DNA of 62,719 nucleotides, the filler included, from Chiloscyllium plagiosum (lineage: Eukaryota): assembly GCF_004010195.1 (NCBI RefSeq). It is 4 parts of one record of this genome, joined end to end, with 100 filler letters (N's around TTAATTAATTAA, not from the genome) between each part and the next. Parts side by side here need not be neighbours in the genome. Positions count along the whole stretch, not along the records: positions 47,770 to 60,341 come from NC_057710.1; positions 60,442 to 62,719 come from NC_057710.1; 2 more parts are not named here. One strand, 5' to 3'. Every line of letters starts with the position of its first letter. The stretch's first letter is position 1. The notes beneath the pieces were generated by a model. The model made no database searches. It was not told where the DNA came from and saw only the letters and a list, made by a program, of their open reading frames with translations. Below, one piece after another: positions 48,660-61,410 of the stretch. The translations under genes and the position numbers were made by a program.

Positions 48660-51600
48660 AATGTGGTGGAGGGTTGTTTTGTGAACTGGAAGCCTGTGAC
48701 CAGCGGTGTTTCACAGGAATCTGTACTGCATCTGCTTTTGTTTGTCATTTATGAGAGTGATTTGGGTGAGAATATGAGGCATGGTTAGTAAGTTTATGGA
48801 TGACACCAAAATGGATAATATAGTAGACCGTGAAGAAAGTTATCTAAGATTACAAGAAGACCTTGATAATTGGGTCAATGGCCTGAGGAGTGGCAGATGG
48901 AATTTAATTTGGATAAATGCGAGGTATTGCATATTGATTAAACAAGCATGACTTGTACAGGTAAGCCCTGGGTAATGTTAAAGGACAGAGATCTAGGGGT
49001 TCGGGTACATAATTCTTTGAAATTTGCATCACGGGTAGACAGCGTGGTTAAGAAGGTGTTCAGCATACTTGCCTTGATTTCTCAGACCTTTAGAAGTTGG
49101 ACGTTGTATTGAGGTTGTACAGAGAGTTGATGAGACCTCTTTTTCAGTACTATGCGCTGATCTGGTCGCCCTGCTGTAGATAGGACATTATTAAATTGGA
49201 GAGGGTTCAGAAAAGTTATTTTGAATTCGTTTGTGGATTGTGGACTTTGCTGGCTGACCAGCATTTATTGCCCATGCATACCTGCCCTTGAGAAGGTGGT
49301 GGTGAGCTGTTGCCTGAACCACTGCAGTTCACCTGTTCTGGGTTGAGCCACAACGCTATCACCCAAGGGTTTCCAGAATATTGACCCAGTGACAGTGATT
49401 GACACAAGTCAGGATAGTGAGTGGTTTGGTGGGGAACTTGCAGGGGGGGTGGTGTTTCTGTGTATCTACTGCGCTTGTCCTTCTAGATGGAAGGTGCTAT
49501 CTGAAGATCTTTGGTGAATTTCTGAACTGCACACTGCTGCAATTGAGAGTCTGTAGTGGAGGGGGTCGATGTTTTTGGATGTAGTGCCAATCACATGGGC
49601 TGCTTTGTCCTGGATAGCTTCAAACTTGAGTGTTGTTGGAGCTGCACCTAGGCAAGTGGGAGGTATTGCATTACAGTCCGACTTGTGTCGTGTAGATGGT
49701 GGACAAGCTTAGGAGAGTCAGGAAGTGACCTGCTCTTGTGGCTACTGTGTTTATGTGGCAAGTCAATTGAGTTTCTGGTCAATGGTAACCCACAGGATTC
49801 AGTGAGGGATTCAATGTTGATAACAGCATTGATGTCAAGGGGTCGTGATTAGATTGTGTCTCATTGGTGATGGTCCAAGCCTGGCATTTGTGTGGCACGA
49901 ATGTTACTTGCTACTTGTCAGCCCAAGCCTGGGCATTGTTCAGATCTTGTTGCATTTAAACGTGGACTGCTTCAGTATCTGAGAAATTTACCAGGATGTT
50001 CCCAGGAATGGAGGGTTTGAGTTATGAAAACAGGCTGGGACCTTTTCCACTGGAGAATAGGAGGTTGAGATGTGACTTTATAAGGGATTATAAAATCATG
50101 AAAGGCATAGATAGCTGAATTGCAAGGGTCTTTTTCCCTTGGCTGGGGGAGTTCGAAATCTAGAAGTTCATTCCACACATGAACCACTTTGTGTAAAAAC
50201 ATTTCCGGATGTCTTTTTTTAAATCTTTCTTCTCTCACTTTAAAAAATATGTCCCCCCTAGTCTTGAAATTCCCCACCCTAAGGAAAAGACATCTACTGT
50301 TCATCTTATCTATATCCCTCATGATTTTATAAACCTCTATATAGTTCAGTTGCCAAATATTCACTTGTGGCATATGTGAAATGGCGTGCATTTCTAAAGA
50401 GCCCAGACACACACAATGTGGCCGATTAGGAGTAGTGCATCAGTTTTTCATTTTTGAATAGCTATAAGACTTATAAGAAAGGGTTGGGATAAGCCCATAA
50501 TCCTGAAGGACTGTGGGGTTGGGGAAATGAAAAGAAATTGAGGTCAGAGATGTGGAAGGGCATGACACAAATGCAATAGAAATGCAGGCAGGAACTGGAC
50601 AGCGGATGGCTAAGTATGTACTGGGCAATGTAAGAACTCTTAAACTTAAGAAGCAAGAAATTATGACATAGGAAGAAATTATTCGGGTTCCTGTGAATGC
50701 ATACATCGGTGACTGTCACTGGGAGGGACTGTAATAGACAATAAGTATAGGTCATTCACATTTGAAAGGGAAGGCATACAGTACTATGGTAGGGAGCGAG
50801 TAGAGCAAGAGGTTTAAGAAAAAGTTAATGTAGTTACATGAAGAGTAAGGAGGTAGAGAGACAAATAGAGATATCATGATGTGGTGCAGCATTAAGCACT
50901 GCTTTTCGTCATTTATGTAAATAATTTGGATGTGAATATAGGAAGTATAGTTAGTAAGTTTGCATTGACCCCAAAATTGGAGGTATAGTGGACAGCAAAG
51001 AAGGTTACCTCAGAATACGATAGGATCTTGATCAGGTGAGCCAATGGGCCGAGGAATGGCAGATGAAATTTAATTTAGATAAATGTGATTTGCTGCATTT
51101 TATAAAGGCAGATCCAGGCAAGTAAGATCCTGGGGAGTGTTGCTGAACAAAGAGACTTTGGAGTGCAGGTTTATAGTTCCTTGAAATTGGAATCAATGGA
51201 GTCACAGATATTTAGGATACTGAAGAAGGTATTTGGTATGTTTGCCTTTATTGGTCAGTGCATTGAGTATAGGAGTTGGAGGGTCATGTTGCGCCTGTAC
51301 AGGACATTGGTTAGATCACTTTTGGAGTACTGCATGCAATTCTGGACTCCCGACTGCCGGAAGGATGTTGTAAAACTTTAAAAAGTTCAAAAAATATTTA
51401 CAAGGATGTTGCCAGGTTGGAGGGTTTGAGCTTTTGGGAGCGGCTGAATCGACTGGGGCTATTTTCCATGGATTATCGGAGGCTAATGGGTGACTTTATA
51501 GAGGTTTATAAAATCATGAGGGGCGTGGATAGGGTAAGCAGACAAGGCTTTTTCCCTAGATGGAGGAGTCCAAAACTAGAGAGCATAGGTTTAAGGTGAG

Positions 51601-51715
51601 AAGGGGAAGGTTTAAAAGGGACTTAAGAGGTGACTTTTTCACGCAGAGAGTGGAATGAGCTGCCAGAGGAAGTGGTGAATTTAAAAGGCATCTTAATGGC
51701 TATATGCATAGGAAC
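48660..51715. mobile_element. Nested CR1 RT fragments (+) with an inverted LINE insertion (~49220-49980, -)
   Basis: LRLYRTLVRSLLEYCMQFW; ERLNRLGLFSMDYRRLMGDFIEVYKIMRG. Confidence 0.8.
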
Positions 51716-52066
51716 ATGGGGAGGCCATGGCCTAGTGGTGTTATCCAGAGACCCAGACACCGTTCCAGGGATCCAAGTTTGAATCCCACCGTGGCAGATG
51801 GTGGAAATTGAAATCAATAAAAAATGATTCTGGAATGAACAGTTTAATGGTGACCATGAATCCATTGTCGGTTGTTGGAAAAACCCATCTGGTTTAGTAA
51901 TGTCCTTTAAGGAAGGAAATCTGCCGTCCTTACCTGGTCTGGCCTACATGTGACTCCAGACCCACAGCAATGTGGTTGACTCTCAACTGTTCTCTGGACA
52001 ATTAGGGGTGAGCAATGAATTCTGGGCCTAGCCAGCGATGCCCTCATCCTATGAATGAATTAAAAA
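51716..52066 (+). mobile_element. tRNA-derived SINE (~350 bp) with a LINE-shared 3' tail, inserted in a CR1 3' end
   Basis: A box TGGCCTAGTGG, B box GTTTGAATCCC; partial copies at ~19070-19400, ~25025-25175 and ~58255-58400; tail matches LINE end at 17200-17270. Confidence 0.75.
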
Positions 52067-54284
52067 ATGAGGAAGGGTTCAAAGGGACATGGGCCAAATG
52101 CTGGCAAATGGGATTAAATTTATTTAATCTAGTTGGTATGGACAAGTTGGACCGAAGAGTCTGTTTCCAAGCCGTACATCTCTATGACTCTATAATTTTG
52201 GCATCTCTTCCTTTAAATGTTTAAAGAAGGTTTTGCTATCCAGCTTGATATTCCTTGCATGTTTATCCTCAAAGTTTATATTCTCCCTTTTTTTCTCTTT
52301 GGTCATGTTTTAGTTGTTTTCTTTAAACATTCCCAATCCTCTAGTTTAACACTAATCTTTGCTGCATTGTTTGTTTTATCTTTCAATTTCCTGATTAACC
52401 ATGGTTGACATCCCTTTCCTAGAATCCTCCTTTCCACTGCAGTATATCTTTACTCTGAGCAATGAACTATCTTCTTAAACATCTGCCATTGATCTTCAAC
52501 TACCTTTGCTGCTAAACTCTTCTCCTAATCCACTCCAGAAAGCTACTCACTTGAATTCTAACCACTTTTTAAACTCCTACATAGGCATGCAGACAAGCAA
52601 AGAAACATAAATGTGGAGTATCATGGTGCAACTTCAGTAGTTTGCAGGATTCAACGAGGAGTCATTTTTTTTCTTTTTCCAAGCCCTTCTGGCCTTTGAT
52701 CATCATCTTTCACAAAGCCATACAACTCAGAAGTAGACCCTTCCATCTAGCCAGTCCATGTCAAGCAAAATCTCAAACTAAACTAGTCCCATTTGCTTGC
52801 GCTTGGCCCATACCCCTTCAAATATTTCTTATTCATGTTCTTATCTAAATGTCTTTAAAATATTGTAACTGTACTTGCATCTGCCACTTCCTCTGGAAGT
52901 TCATTCAAAACACGAACCGCTGTCTGTATTAAAAAAAAATGCCCATCATTTTATCAATCTTTCTCCCCTCACCTTAAAAATATGACTGAAGTCCTTCCAG
53001 TTCTTTACTAAATGTACTGGATGATTGACACACTGATTCTTCAGTCACTGATTAGAGGAACTAGTTTATAGCACATGAGTGAACATCCTTCAGTTTTAGG
53101 TTACTTCATTGCAGAGGCGATCCTATCTATCTGCCCGGGAACCAATCAGAAAGTTGGTATCATGTTGATGTTTCTTGGCCCAAACACCTGGTCCTGAATG
53201 AGAAACCAGTCAACAGTCTGTCACTGGGCAAAACCTGCCCTGAACGCAGACCCATTTTGAGTCTCAAATATCTTCCCTGCTCCCCCATTGTCTTTACTAA
53301 ATTCATTCATGGGGCATGGATCTGGTTGGCTGAACCAGTGTTGACTGCCCATCCCTGGTTGCCCTTGAGAAGGTGGTGGTGAGCTGCATCCTTGCTCTGC
53401 TGCAGTCCATGCAACAGTCCAACTCTGACAGTTATTAGTAACTGTTACGTTTTAAAACTACAACATCTACAGTCCTGGTTCAAAGTAATATCTGTTTCCA
53501 ATTCTGGTCCAACATCCAAATAAGGAAGAATAAAAAGATGTGATCTTTCCACAATCTGGATAATGGAACAAGCAGGAGAGCCAAAGTAGATAGTTTGGTG
53601 AGAGGTGGTGGAATGGATGGTGCTACTGGAAGAAAGGGAAGGGAGGAGGCAGGCAGTGGGATAGCTTGAAGAGATGGCAGGTGTGGGAAGGAATGGATAG
53701 TTCAGCAGAAAGGGAGTAGCAGGACAGCGCGAGGGTGCAAACATCAGGGAGAGACAGGAGTACAGAATTGGACAAAGGACAGCACAGAGTTGTCTTGAAG
53801 TCACAGATGTGTAAAATGGTGAATTATGACTGAAGCACTCTGTTGGTTTGGGGAGGAATGGAGCTGTACAGTTATGCTACTGAAACTGCAAGTAAGTCTA
53901 TCATGTTAGAAAAGCCTCACCTCGGGGCATCAATGGCTTTATTTTAATGCAAAGGGAGTAGGTGAGGTTCTAATTTTCCTGCTTTTACATGAGAATGACT
54001 TGACTGCATTCCTTGTTGTACCTTTTTCCTGATCTCATGCTCAAAACTGAGAGTTGTACTGGATTATGTTCCATTCTGATGCTTTCAGCACAACTCCCTT
54101 CATTTACCTAAACGCCTTCTGAGCAGATTTGCAGTGGCCCTGTTTTATTCTTGCACCAATGGCAGTTGAACAGACCATTTTCTTTTAAACAAGAAGGAAG
54201 TTAAAATAGGAAGTTTCAACGAACCAGTGCTAATGTCCTGAATTTTCCTTCTAAGAAATATGTTTTGTTTTTCTATTTGCAAAG

Positions 54285-54477
54285 GAAAAGGACATCTTTC
54301 CCTTTAACCTGGATGAATTTGTAACTGTGGATGAAGTGGGTGAAGATGAAGTGGGTGAAGAGGAAGGCACTTCTGAGGATCAGGTTCCTGAAGGTAAATT
54401 TAAAACCAATGCCCAACCTTCAGAAAAGGCTGAGACAGAGGCAGCAATGGACATCAAGGAACAAGAACCAACTCCAG
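54285..54477 (+). CDS. ZNF638: ZNF638-like (matrin-3 family) exon: EKDIFPFNLDEFVTVDEVGEDEVGEEEG...EPTP
   Basis: Pyrimidine tract + aag acceptor, gtaaag donor; 193 nt, phase 0-1; FPFNLDEFVTVDEV is the acidic motif I recall from ZNF638. Confidence 0.78.
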
Positions 54478-56268
54478 GTAAAGTCATTGTCCTGGATTTC
54501 TCACACAGTAACAGTCAACCAGGGAGGCCCAGGAATCAGAATTTACACATTCCACAGAATCTCTGGGTCCATCCAGACAGCACACCTAACACATCCAGGG
54601 TTCCAGTCCTGTGTTTGAACTGTGATGGAGGACAATATACAGTATGTAAAGTTGAATATCTTGGTAGTTTATTGAAATATAAACAGAAAATGCTGGAAGT
54701 GCATTTGCTAATTCATCAGACAGAAGTATTTCTTCACAGATACTGACAGACCTGCAGAGTATTTTGAAAGTTTAATTTCAGAGTTCCAGTATCTACTGTT
54801 ATTTTCCTTCAGTATAATTTAAAAGGAATTGGGTAATTTAGTTGGGAGAAGAGAAAAGAAGTTGGAAATCTTGTGTAGTAGTTGGACTGTACCAAATAGC
54901 TTCTCCTGTGCTATAAATTCCACAGTGGTGCAACAGATTTGTCTCTCTGAATGTTGAGTTGTATGTTCGTCCATCATAAGGTCAAAAGTGTGGGTGTTCA
55001 GCACTGTTCGTATGGTCACTCCTGTCTAAGCCCAGTTTCTATGGAAAGTCTCAAACAATGAATAAAGAATCCAAAGAATAGTAGCTAAATTTACTGATGA
55101 TACTAAGGTAGGAAAGTAAGTTGAAGTGTGTTCAACACCATTCACAATTCAATGGACTACTTCAGTACCTGTATTCAAATATAGCAAGACCTGGATAATA
55201 TCTAGGATTGCACTGACAAGTAGCAAGTAACAAATGCGAGAGCATGATCATATCAATATTCAGTGGCCTTAGCATTGCTGGATCTCCCACCATGCATATC
55301 CTGGAGATCACCATTGACCAGAATCTGAACTAGACTGGCCATATAAATACTATGGCTTAAAGAGCAGATCAGATGCAAGGAATCCCGCAGCAAGAGCCCT
55401 GTCAACCATCTACAAGGTAAAAGTCAGGTGTATATTATAATACTCCCCACACTCAGCAAGCTCAGCACCATCCAAGACAAAGTAGTCTGCTTGATTAGCG
55501 CCACATCCACAAATATTCATTCCCTTCTCTTGCAGCATCCGTGCAAAGAAAGCAAAATTAACATTTCAAGTTTGATGACCCTTCATCAGAACTGATAGCT
55601 AGGAAAGATTGATACTTATGTTGATGGCAAGGGAGAGGGGTGGGTACGAAAAGAGTGAATCAATAGGTGGAGACGGAACCCAAAGTTAACGTTGTGATTG
55701 TTTTACCAGAATACTTCATACTACTGAGTTTGCGATCTCTGTCCATTTAACTAGTGTTTCTGTTCATCCTCCCAAAGTTAACAAGTTCACATTTCCCCAT
55801 GTATTCCGTCTGCTAAATTATTGTCCACTCATTTAATTAGATTACTTTACATAAATTTACTTTCCTATCAACTTACTTTCCTACCTTAGTGGCATTGGTA
55901 AATTTAGCTACCATATTTTGGATCCTTAATTTTTGTTTAAGATTTTCCGTAACATCTGGGCTGAGGCAGGAATGATTGAAACTGGGCTCTACAACACAAA
56001 GGATGGTTATTCCAATTTAAGTTAGAGTTAAATCCCAACTCCAAAGGCATTACTAGGGAAGTGTGAAGAATACTTTTTTGAGATATCTGTGATAAGCTTC
56101 TGGATGTGGGGAGACTGTAACTGCATTTCCATCCCAGAAAAGAATTAATTGCAGAAATGGTGGAGATAGAGCATAGACCAGGTGGACTGAAAGGCCTCTT
56201 CCTGGGTTGTCAACTTGGTCTAACTTTATGCATACGTGTTCACAAGAAACCATGTCTTTGTCCCACAG

Positions 56269-56784
56269 CAAGTGATACATCGACAACGGTGATGGAGACA
56301 ACGGATCTGAAATCTAAACCTGCAAGCCAGCCTGAACTCCAAGCCAAGGCCCTTCCCCAAGTCAAGCCCGAGCCTCAGGTCAAGACTGCTGCCCAGGCCA
56401 AGGCTGAACCTCAGGCCAAGGCCCTTTCCCAAGCCAAGGCTGAGCCCCTAGCCAAGTCTGCTTCCCAAGCTGAACCTGAAAACCAGCTTCAGACTGAGAC
56501 AACTGTAAAGGAGGAGCCTATGGAGGCAGAATCGGAGAAAGCTCCAGCACAACCATCTGATACCCCTGCATCGGCACCCAGTAAAGTCCTTCCTCTATCA
56601 GACTCCAAACTAGAAGCAGCTGGGACCATTGCTGGCAAGAAGGAAGCAGCACCTTCATCAGGTGGGGATGGTGAACCTTCCTCCAAAACAGTGGGACAAC
56701 CCAGCAGTCTAACCCCAACTCCTGCATCATCTGTTAGCTCTGGAGGAGACAGCACCAAGTCGACAAGGCTGGAGCAGCGAGCAG
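56269..56784 (+). CDS. ZNF638: Large low-complexity exon (ASDTSTTVMETTDLKSKP...STRLEQRA), likely same ZNF638-like gene
   Basis: cccacag acceptor, gtgagt donor; 516 nt open, phase 1-1, matches the preceding phase-1 donor. Confidence 0.68.
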
Positions 56785-57159
56785 GTGAGTGATTTATACT
56801 GGGGAATGAACTGTTCAAGCTGAAGCTCCAGATGGAATATAAATTATTGGCAAACTTGCTGATTGGCAGGCAACAGAATGGACAAAATGGCCAGATACTC
56901 TAAATGAAACAAAGAACAGTACAGACCTTTGGCCCACCATGTCTGTGCCAACTATGGTGCCATTCTAAACTAATGCCATCTGCTTACACTAGGTCCCTCT
57001 ATGCTCTGCCTATTCACGTGTCTTGTCCAAATGCCTCTGAAACATTACTATCATCTCTGTCTCTACCACCTTTCCTAGTAGCACATTCCAGGCACCTACC
57101 ACCCTCTGTGTAAAAGGGAAAGCATGCTTCACACCTCCTTTAAACTTTCCTCCTCTCAC

Positions 57160-57670
57160 CTTTGACATGTCTACAATGACTCTTACCAATTTTTGCAGAT
57201 GTACCATAGACAGCATCCTATCTGGATGTATTACAGCTTGGTACACCGACTGCTCTGCCCAAGACCACAAGAAACTACAGAGTTATGAACGCAGACTAAT
57301 TCATCACAAAAAAACATTCTTCCCTCCATTGGCTCACTCTGCACTAACTGCTGCTTTGAGAAAGCAGCCAACGTAATCAAAGACCCCTCACAGCCCAGTT
57401 ATACTCTCTTGCACCCTCTTCCATCAAGCAGAAGATGCAAAAGTTTGAAAACATGCCAACAGATTCAAGAACACATGCTTCCACACTTATCAGGCTTATG
57501 AATGGACCTCTCTTATATTAGAGTTGGTCTTGCTCTGCAACTTCTCTGTGGCTGTAGCACTATATTCTGAATTCTGTTCCATTACTCTGATGTAAGGTAT
57601 GATTTGTCTGGTTAGCAGACAAAACAATACTTTTCACTGTATCTCAGTATATGTGATGAAATTTATCAAA
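57160..57670 (+). mobile_element. Rex1/Babar-type LINE 3' fragment
   Basis: TLTNFCRCTIDSILSGCITAWYTDCSAQDHKKLQ. Confidence 0.7.
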
Positions 57671-58574
57671 ATCAAACCAGTGTCCCATAGTATTTGACAT
57701 TTCCACCGTATCTAGGCCTGTCATAATTTTATATGTTTCTATCAAGTCACCTGTCAGCCTCTAACACTCCAGTGAAATCGGTCCAAGTTTGTCCAATCTC
57801 ACCTTATAGCTATTAGACTTCAATCCAGGTCATATCTGGGTAAATCTCTTTTGCACCCTCTCCTTCCGAGAATGTGACCAGAACGCCACAAAAATATGGC
57901 CTAACTAAAGTCTTATACAACTAAATATTAGAAAATGACTAGTGTCCCACAAGGACCTATCTTGGGGGCTCAATTATTCATCATATTCTCTAAATGATGC
58001 AAAATTCAAAAACCACAGAGATTTAGGATTTCACAGAGAATAAACCATTAGTCTTTTCTGTTGAAGAATAGAATTCAAGTGTCTGTAAGTCATTCTTCAG
58101 TTATGCAAAGCCATTATCAGAGTACACTTGGAGAACTTTGCACAGCTCTGGACTCCACACATTAGAAAGGACATTGGCTCCCAAGAATGTACCTGCAGGG
58201 AGTTATAATTCCTGGAATTATAGAGTGGTTTAATCTAAGATTATGAAGATGATAGTGGCGTAGTGGTAATATTGACACTGAGCAAAGGCTGTGGGGACTC
58301 AGGTTCACATCCCATCATGTCAGCTTATGGAATTTTAATTCATTTAATGAATCTGGAACTTAAAGTTCATCTTATCTCAGTCATTGTGACCATTAAACAC
58401 TGCTTGATTCCTTGACTGAACCTGCCTCCACCACACTGTCACGCTCTACATTCTAGTTCATAAATGTTTGATGTATCAGTTTTTGCTCATTCTGCCTTTG
58501 CTACTTTTGCCAATTGCCTTAAACCTATACACCCTGATTCCAAGTTCTTCAACAAATGGATTTTCCCTACTTAT

Positions 58575-59010
58575 AGAATCATAGAGTCATACAGCATGGA
58601 GATCGATCCTTCAGTCCTCCTAGGCCATGTCAAACATGTTCCCAAACTAAACTAGTCCCACCTGCCTGTGCTTCATGTAGTTATCCAAATATCTTTTAAA
58701 AGTTGTAACTGTACCTGGATGTGCCACTTTGTCTTGCAGTTCATTCCACACATCAACCACACTATGTTTTAAAAAAAAGTTGTCCCTCATGTCCCTTGTA
58801 AACCTTTCTCCTCTCACCTTTAAAAGAATGCCCCCTGGTTTTGCACTCCCACATCCTGGGGAAAAGACCCTTGCCATTCACCTTATCAATGTCTTTCATG
58901 ATTTTATAAACCTCTGTAAGGTCACCTGTCAGTCTCTTTCCCGTTGGAAAAAAGTCCCAGCCTATCCAGCATCACTTCATAACACAAATCCCCCTTTCCC
59001 AGCAGCAACA
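58575..59010 (-). mobile_element. CR1 3' end
   Basis: VRGERFTRDMRDNFF...VWNELQDKV...TTFKRYLDNYM. Confidence 0.8.
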
Positions 59011-59327
59011 TTTTCAAGATCCCACACGTTTTAAATACCTTTATCGAATTCTCTCTCATCCTTCTCGAAGGAAAAGTTACAACTTTCACAGTGTATCTGC
59101 ATTATGGAAATTGCTCATCCCTTGAAATGTTCTCCTGTTTCTCTTTTGCACACTCTCCAGTGCCTTCACACCTTCCTAAAGCATGATGCCCAAACGTTTT
59201 CCAGTTGAGACTGAACCCAGTGCTCTGTGCAGCTTTAGCAAACCCTACTTGTGTTTGTACTCTGAGACCCTTTTCATAAAGTCTCAGGTGTTACATGCAT
59301 CTGTCAGTACATCTGTTTGTCACACTC

Positions 59328-60341
59328 GGTACAGTTTGTGTATGTAACTCACTGATCCTGAGGATCTCTCAGTACAGGTTTGTATGTGTCTGTAACTCAC
59401 TGATCCCAGGGATCTCTCAGTACATGTGTGTGTCTGTAACTCACTGATCCTGAGGATTTTTCAGTACAGGTTTGTATGTGTCTGTAACTCACTGATCCCA
59501 GGAATCTCTCAGTACAGGTGTGTGTCTGTAACTCTCTGATTCTGGGATCTCTCCGTACAGGTGTGTGTCTGTAACTCACTGATCCTGGGGATCTCTCAGT
59601 ACAGGGGTGTGTGTGTCTGCAACTCACTGATCCTGGGGATCTCTCAGTACAGGGGTGTGTGTGTCTGTAACTCACTGATCCTGGGGATCTCTCAGTACAT
59701 GTGTGTGTCTGTAGCTCACTGATCCCGGGGATCTCTCAGTACAGGTGTGTGTCTGTAATTCACTGATCCCGGGGATCTCTCCGTACAGGTGTGTGTCAGT
59801 AACTCACTGATCCCGGGGATCTCTCCGTACAGGTGTGTGTCTGTAACTCACTGATCCCAGGAATCTCTCAGTACAGGTGTGTGTCTAACTCACTGATCCC
59901 AGGGATCTCTCCGTACAGGTGTGTGTCTGTAACTCACTGATCCTGGGGATCTCTCAGTACAGGGGTGTGTGTGTGTGTGTTTGTAACTCTCTGATCCCGG
60001 GGATCTCTCGGTACAGGTGTGTGTCTGTAACTCACTGATCCCGGGGATCTCTCAATACAGGTGTGTGTCTGTAGCTCTCTGATCCCGGGGATCTCTCGGT
60101 ACAGGTGTGTGTCTGTAACTCACTGATCCTGGGGATCTCTCAGTACAGGTGTGTGTCTGTAGCTCTCTAATCCCGGGGATCTCTCGGTACAGGTGTATGT
60201 CTGTAACTCCCTGATCCCGGGGATCTCTCAGTACAGGTGTGTGTCTGTAACTCCCTGATCCCGGGGATCTCTCAGTACAGGTGTGTGTCTGTAACTCTCT
60301 GATCCCGGGGATCTCTCAGTACAGGTGCGTGTCTGTAACTC
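59328..60341. repeat. ~42-48 bp minisatellite (GTACAGGTGTGTGTCTGTAACTCACTGATCCCGGGGATCTCTCA), ~23 copies, ends at a gap
   Basis: Direct reading. Confidence 0.95.
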
Positions 60342-60441
60342 NNNNNNNNNNNNNNNNNNNNNNNNNNNNNNNNNNNNNNNNNNNNTTAATTAATTAANNN
60401 NNNNNNNNNNNNNNNNNNNNNNNNNNNNNNNNNNNNNNNNN
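60342..60441. other. Artificial contig linker 44N-TTAATTAATTAA-44N
   Basis: Same as at 25692. Confidence 0.97.
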
Positions 60442-60774
60442 GGAGTGAAGGAAGGGAGGAGGGGAGGGGGAGAGTGAATGAGAAGGGGGAGTGAAGGAGG
60501 AGAAGGGGAGAGTGAAGGAGAGGGTACCTGAAGGAGAGAGGGATTGAGGAGAGGGAATAAAGTCGAGGTGTGGTTATCTCCCTCTGAGTCAAGCTAGGAC
60601 CCAGTCCAGTAAAAGGGAACGGGGTCCAGTCGGTGTTTGGAATGAGCTCTGTGTACCATCCGCCAGTGATTCCGAGACTGTCACGGCTCCTGCTTCAGTC
60701 CCTAATCCCAACCCATCGGAACCCACTGTAACCGGAGGGACATGAGCAGACTGGAACCCATCATTCACAGATAC

Positions 60775-60823
60775 CTGGCCATTACCGCTCGGCATTACAG
60801 TCTGGTCAAGTGCGTTGTGCTGC
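60775..60823 (-). CDS. Candidate 49-nt exon of an unidentified gene (QHNALDQTVMPSGNGQ)
   Basis: cttttag acceptor and CAG|gtatct donor; only one frame open; just downstream of a CpG-rich stretch. Confidence 0.3.
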
Positions 60824-61059
60824 CTAAAAGTGTAACACATCGGTGCTGAGTGAGAGAGCTTTCCAGGGATGGAGTATTCAGCAGCCAATGTGGGTGGTAG
60901 CTTGTGTTGTTGTTTTGACCTGACTCTGTCAGTGTCAGTGTGTGTGTGTGTGTGTGTGTGTGAACGCTGATCACTCACTATCAACACTCCCATCAAGCGG
61001 ACACAAACGGTACCACAGCACAGCCATTCCTCTCTCACCCTCTTTCCCCCCCTTCCAGC

Positions 61060-61145
61060 CGCACCACTGAGCCAGGTCAATCGGCCCGTCGTACCAGGGC
61101 TGACTCCTTGAAAGCGCGTCGCTGCTCGGCCTCACGCCCCGCCTT
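61060..61145 (-). promoter_or_regulatory. CpG-rich segment with a GC box, possible promoter or first exon
   Basis: Local CpG excess and CACGCCCCGCC (Sp/KLF site) at 61133-61143. Confidence 0.35.
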
Positions 61146-61159
61146 TCCTTCAGAAGCTA

Positions 61160-61410
61160 AAGACTTGCATTGATGTGGCGCCCGTCACAAATGTAGGACG
61201 TTCCAAAGCGCTTCACAACCAGCCGAACTTCTTAAATGTGGCGGCTGTTGTAATATAGGAAACTCCGCAGCCCAGTTTGCGCGCAGCAAGATCCCACGGA
61301 CAGCAATGTGACAATGACCACGAAAGATCATTTCCTTTTGTGATGTTGGTTGAGTTAGAATTGCGGGTCAGGGCATGGGAGAGATAACTCAACTGTTCTT
61401 CAGAATTAGT
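61160..61410 (-). mobile_element. Ancient DeuSINE-like (AmnSINE1/SacSINE1-type) remnant
   Basis: Minus strand ...GAAGCGCTTTGGAACGTCC...GGCGCCACATCAATGCAAGTCTTT tail and TGTCCGTGGGATCTTGCTGCGCGCAAACTGGGCTGC core; recognised from memory. Confidence 0.5.
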
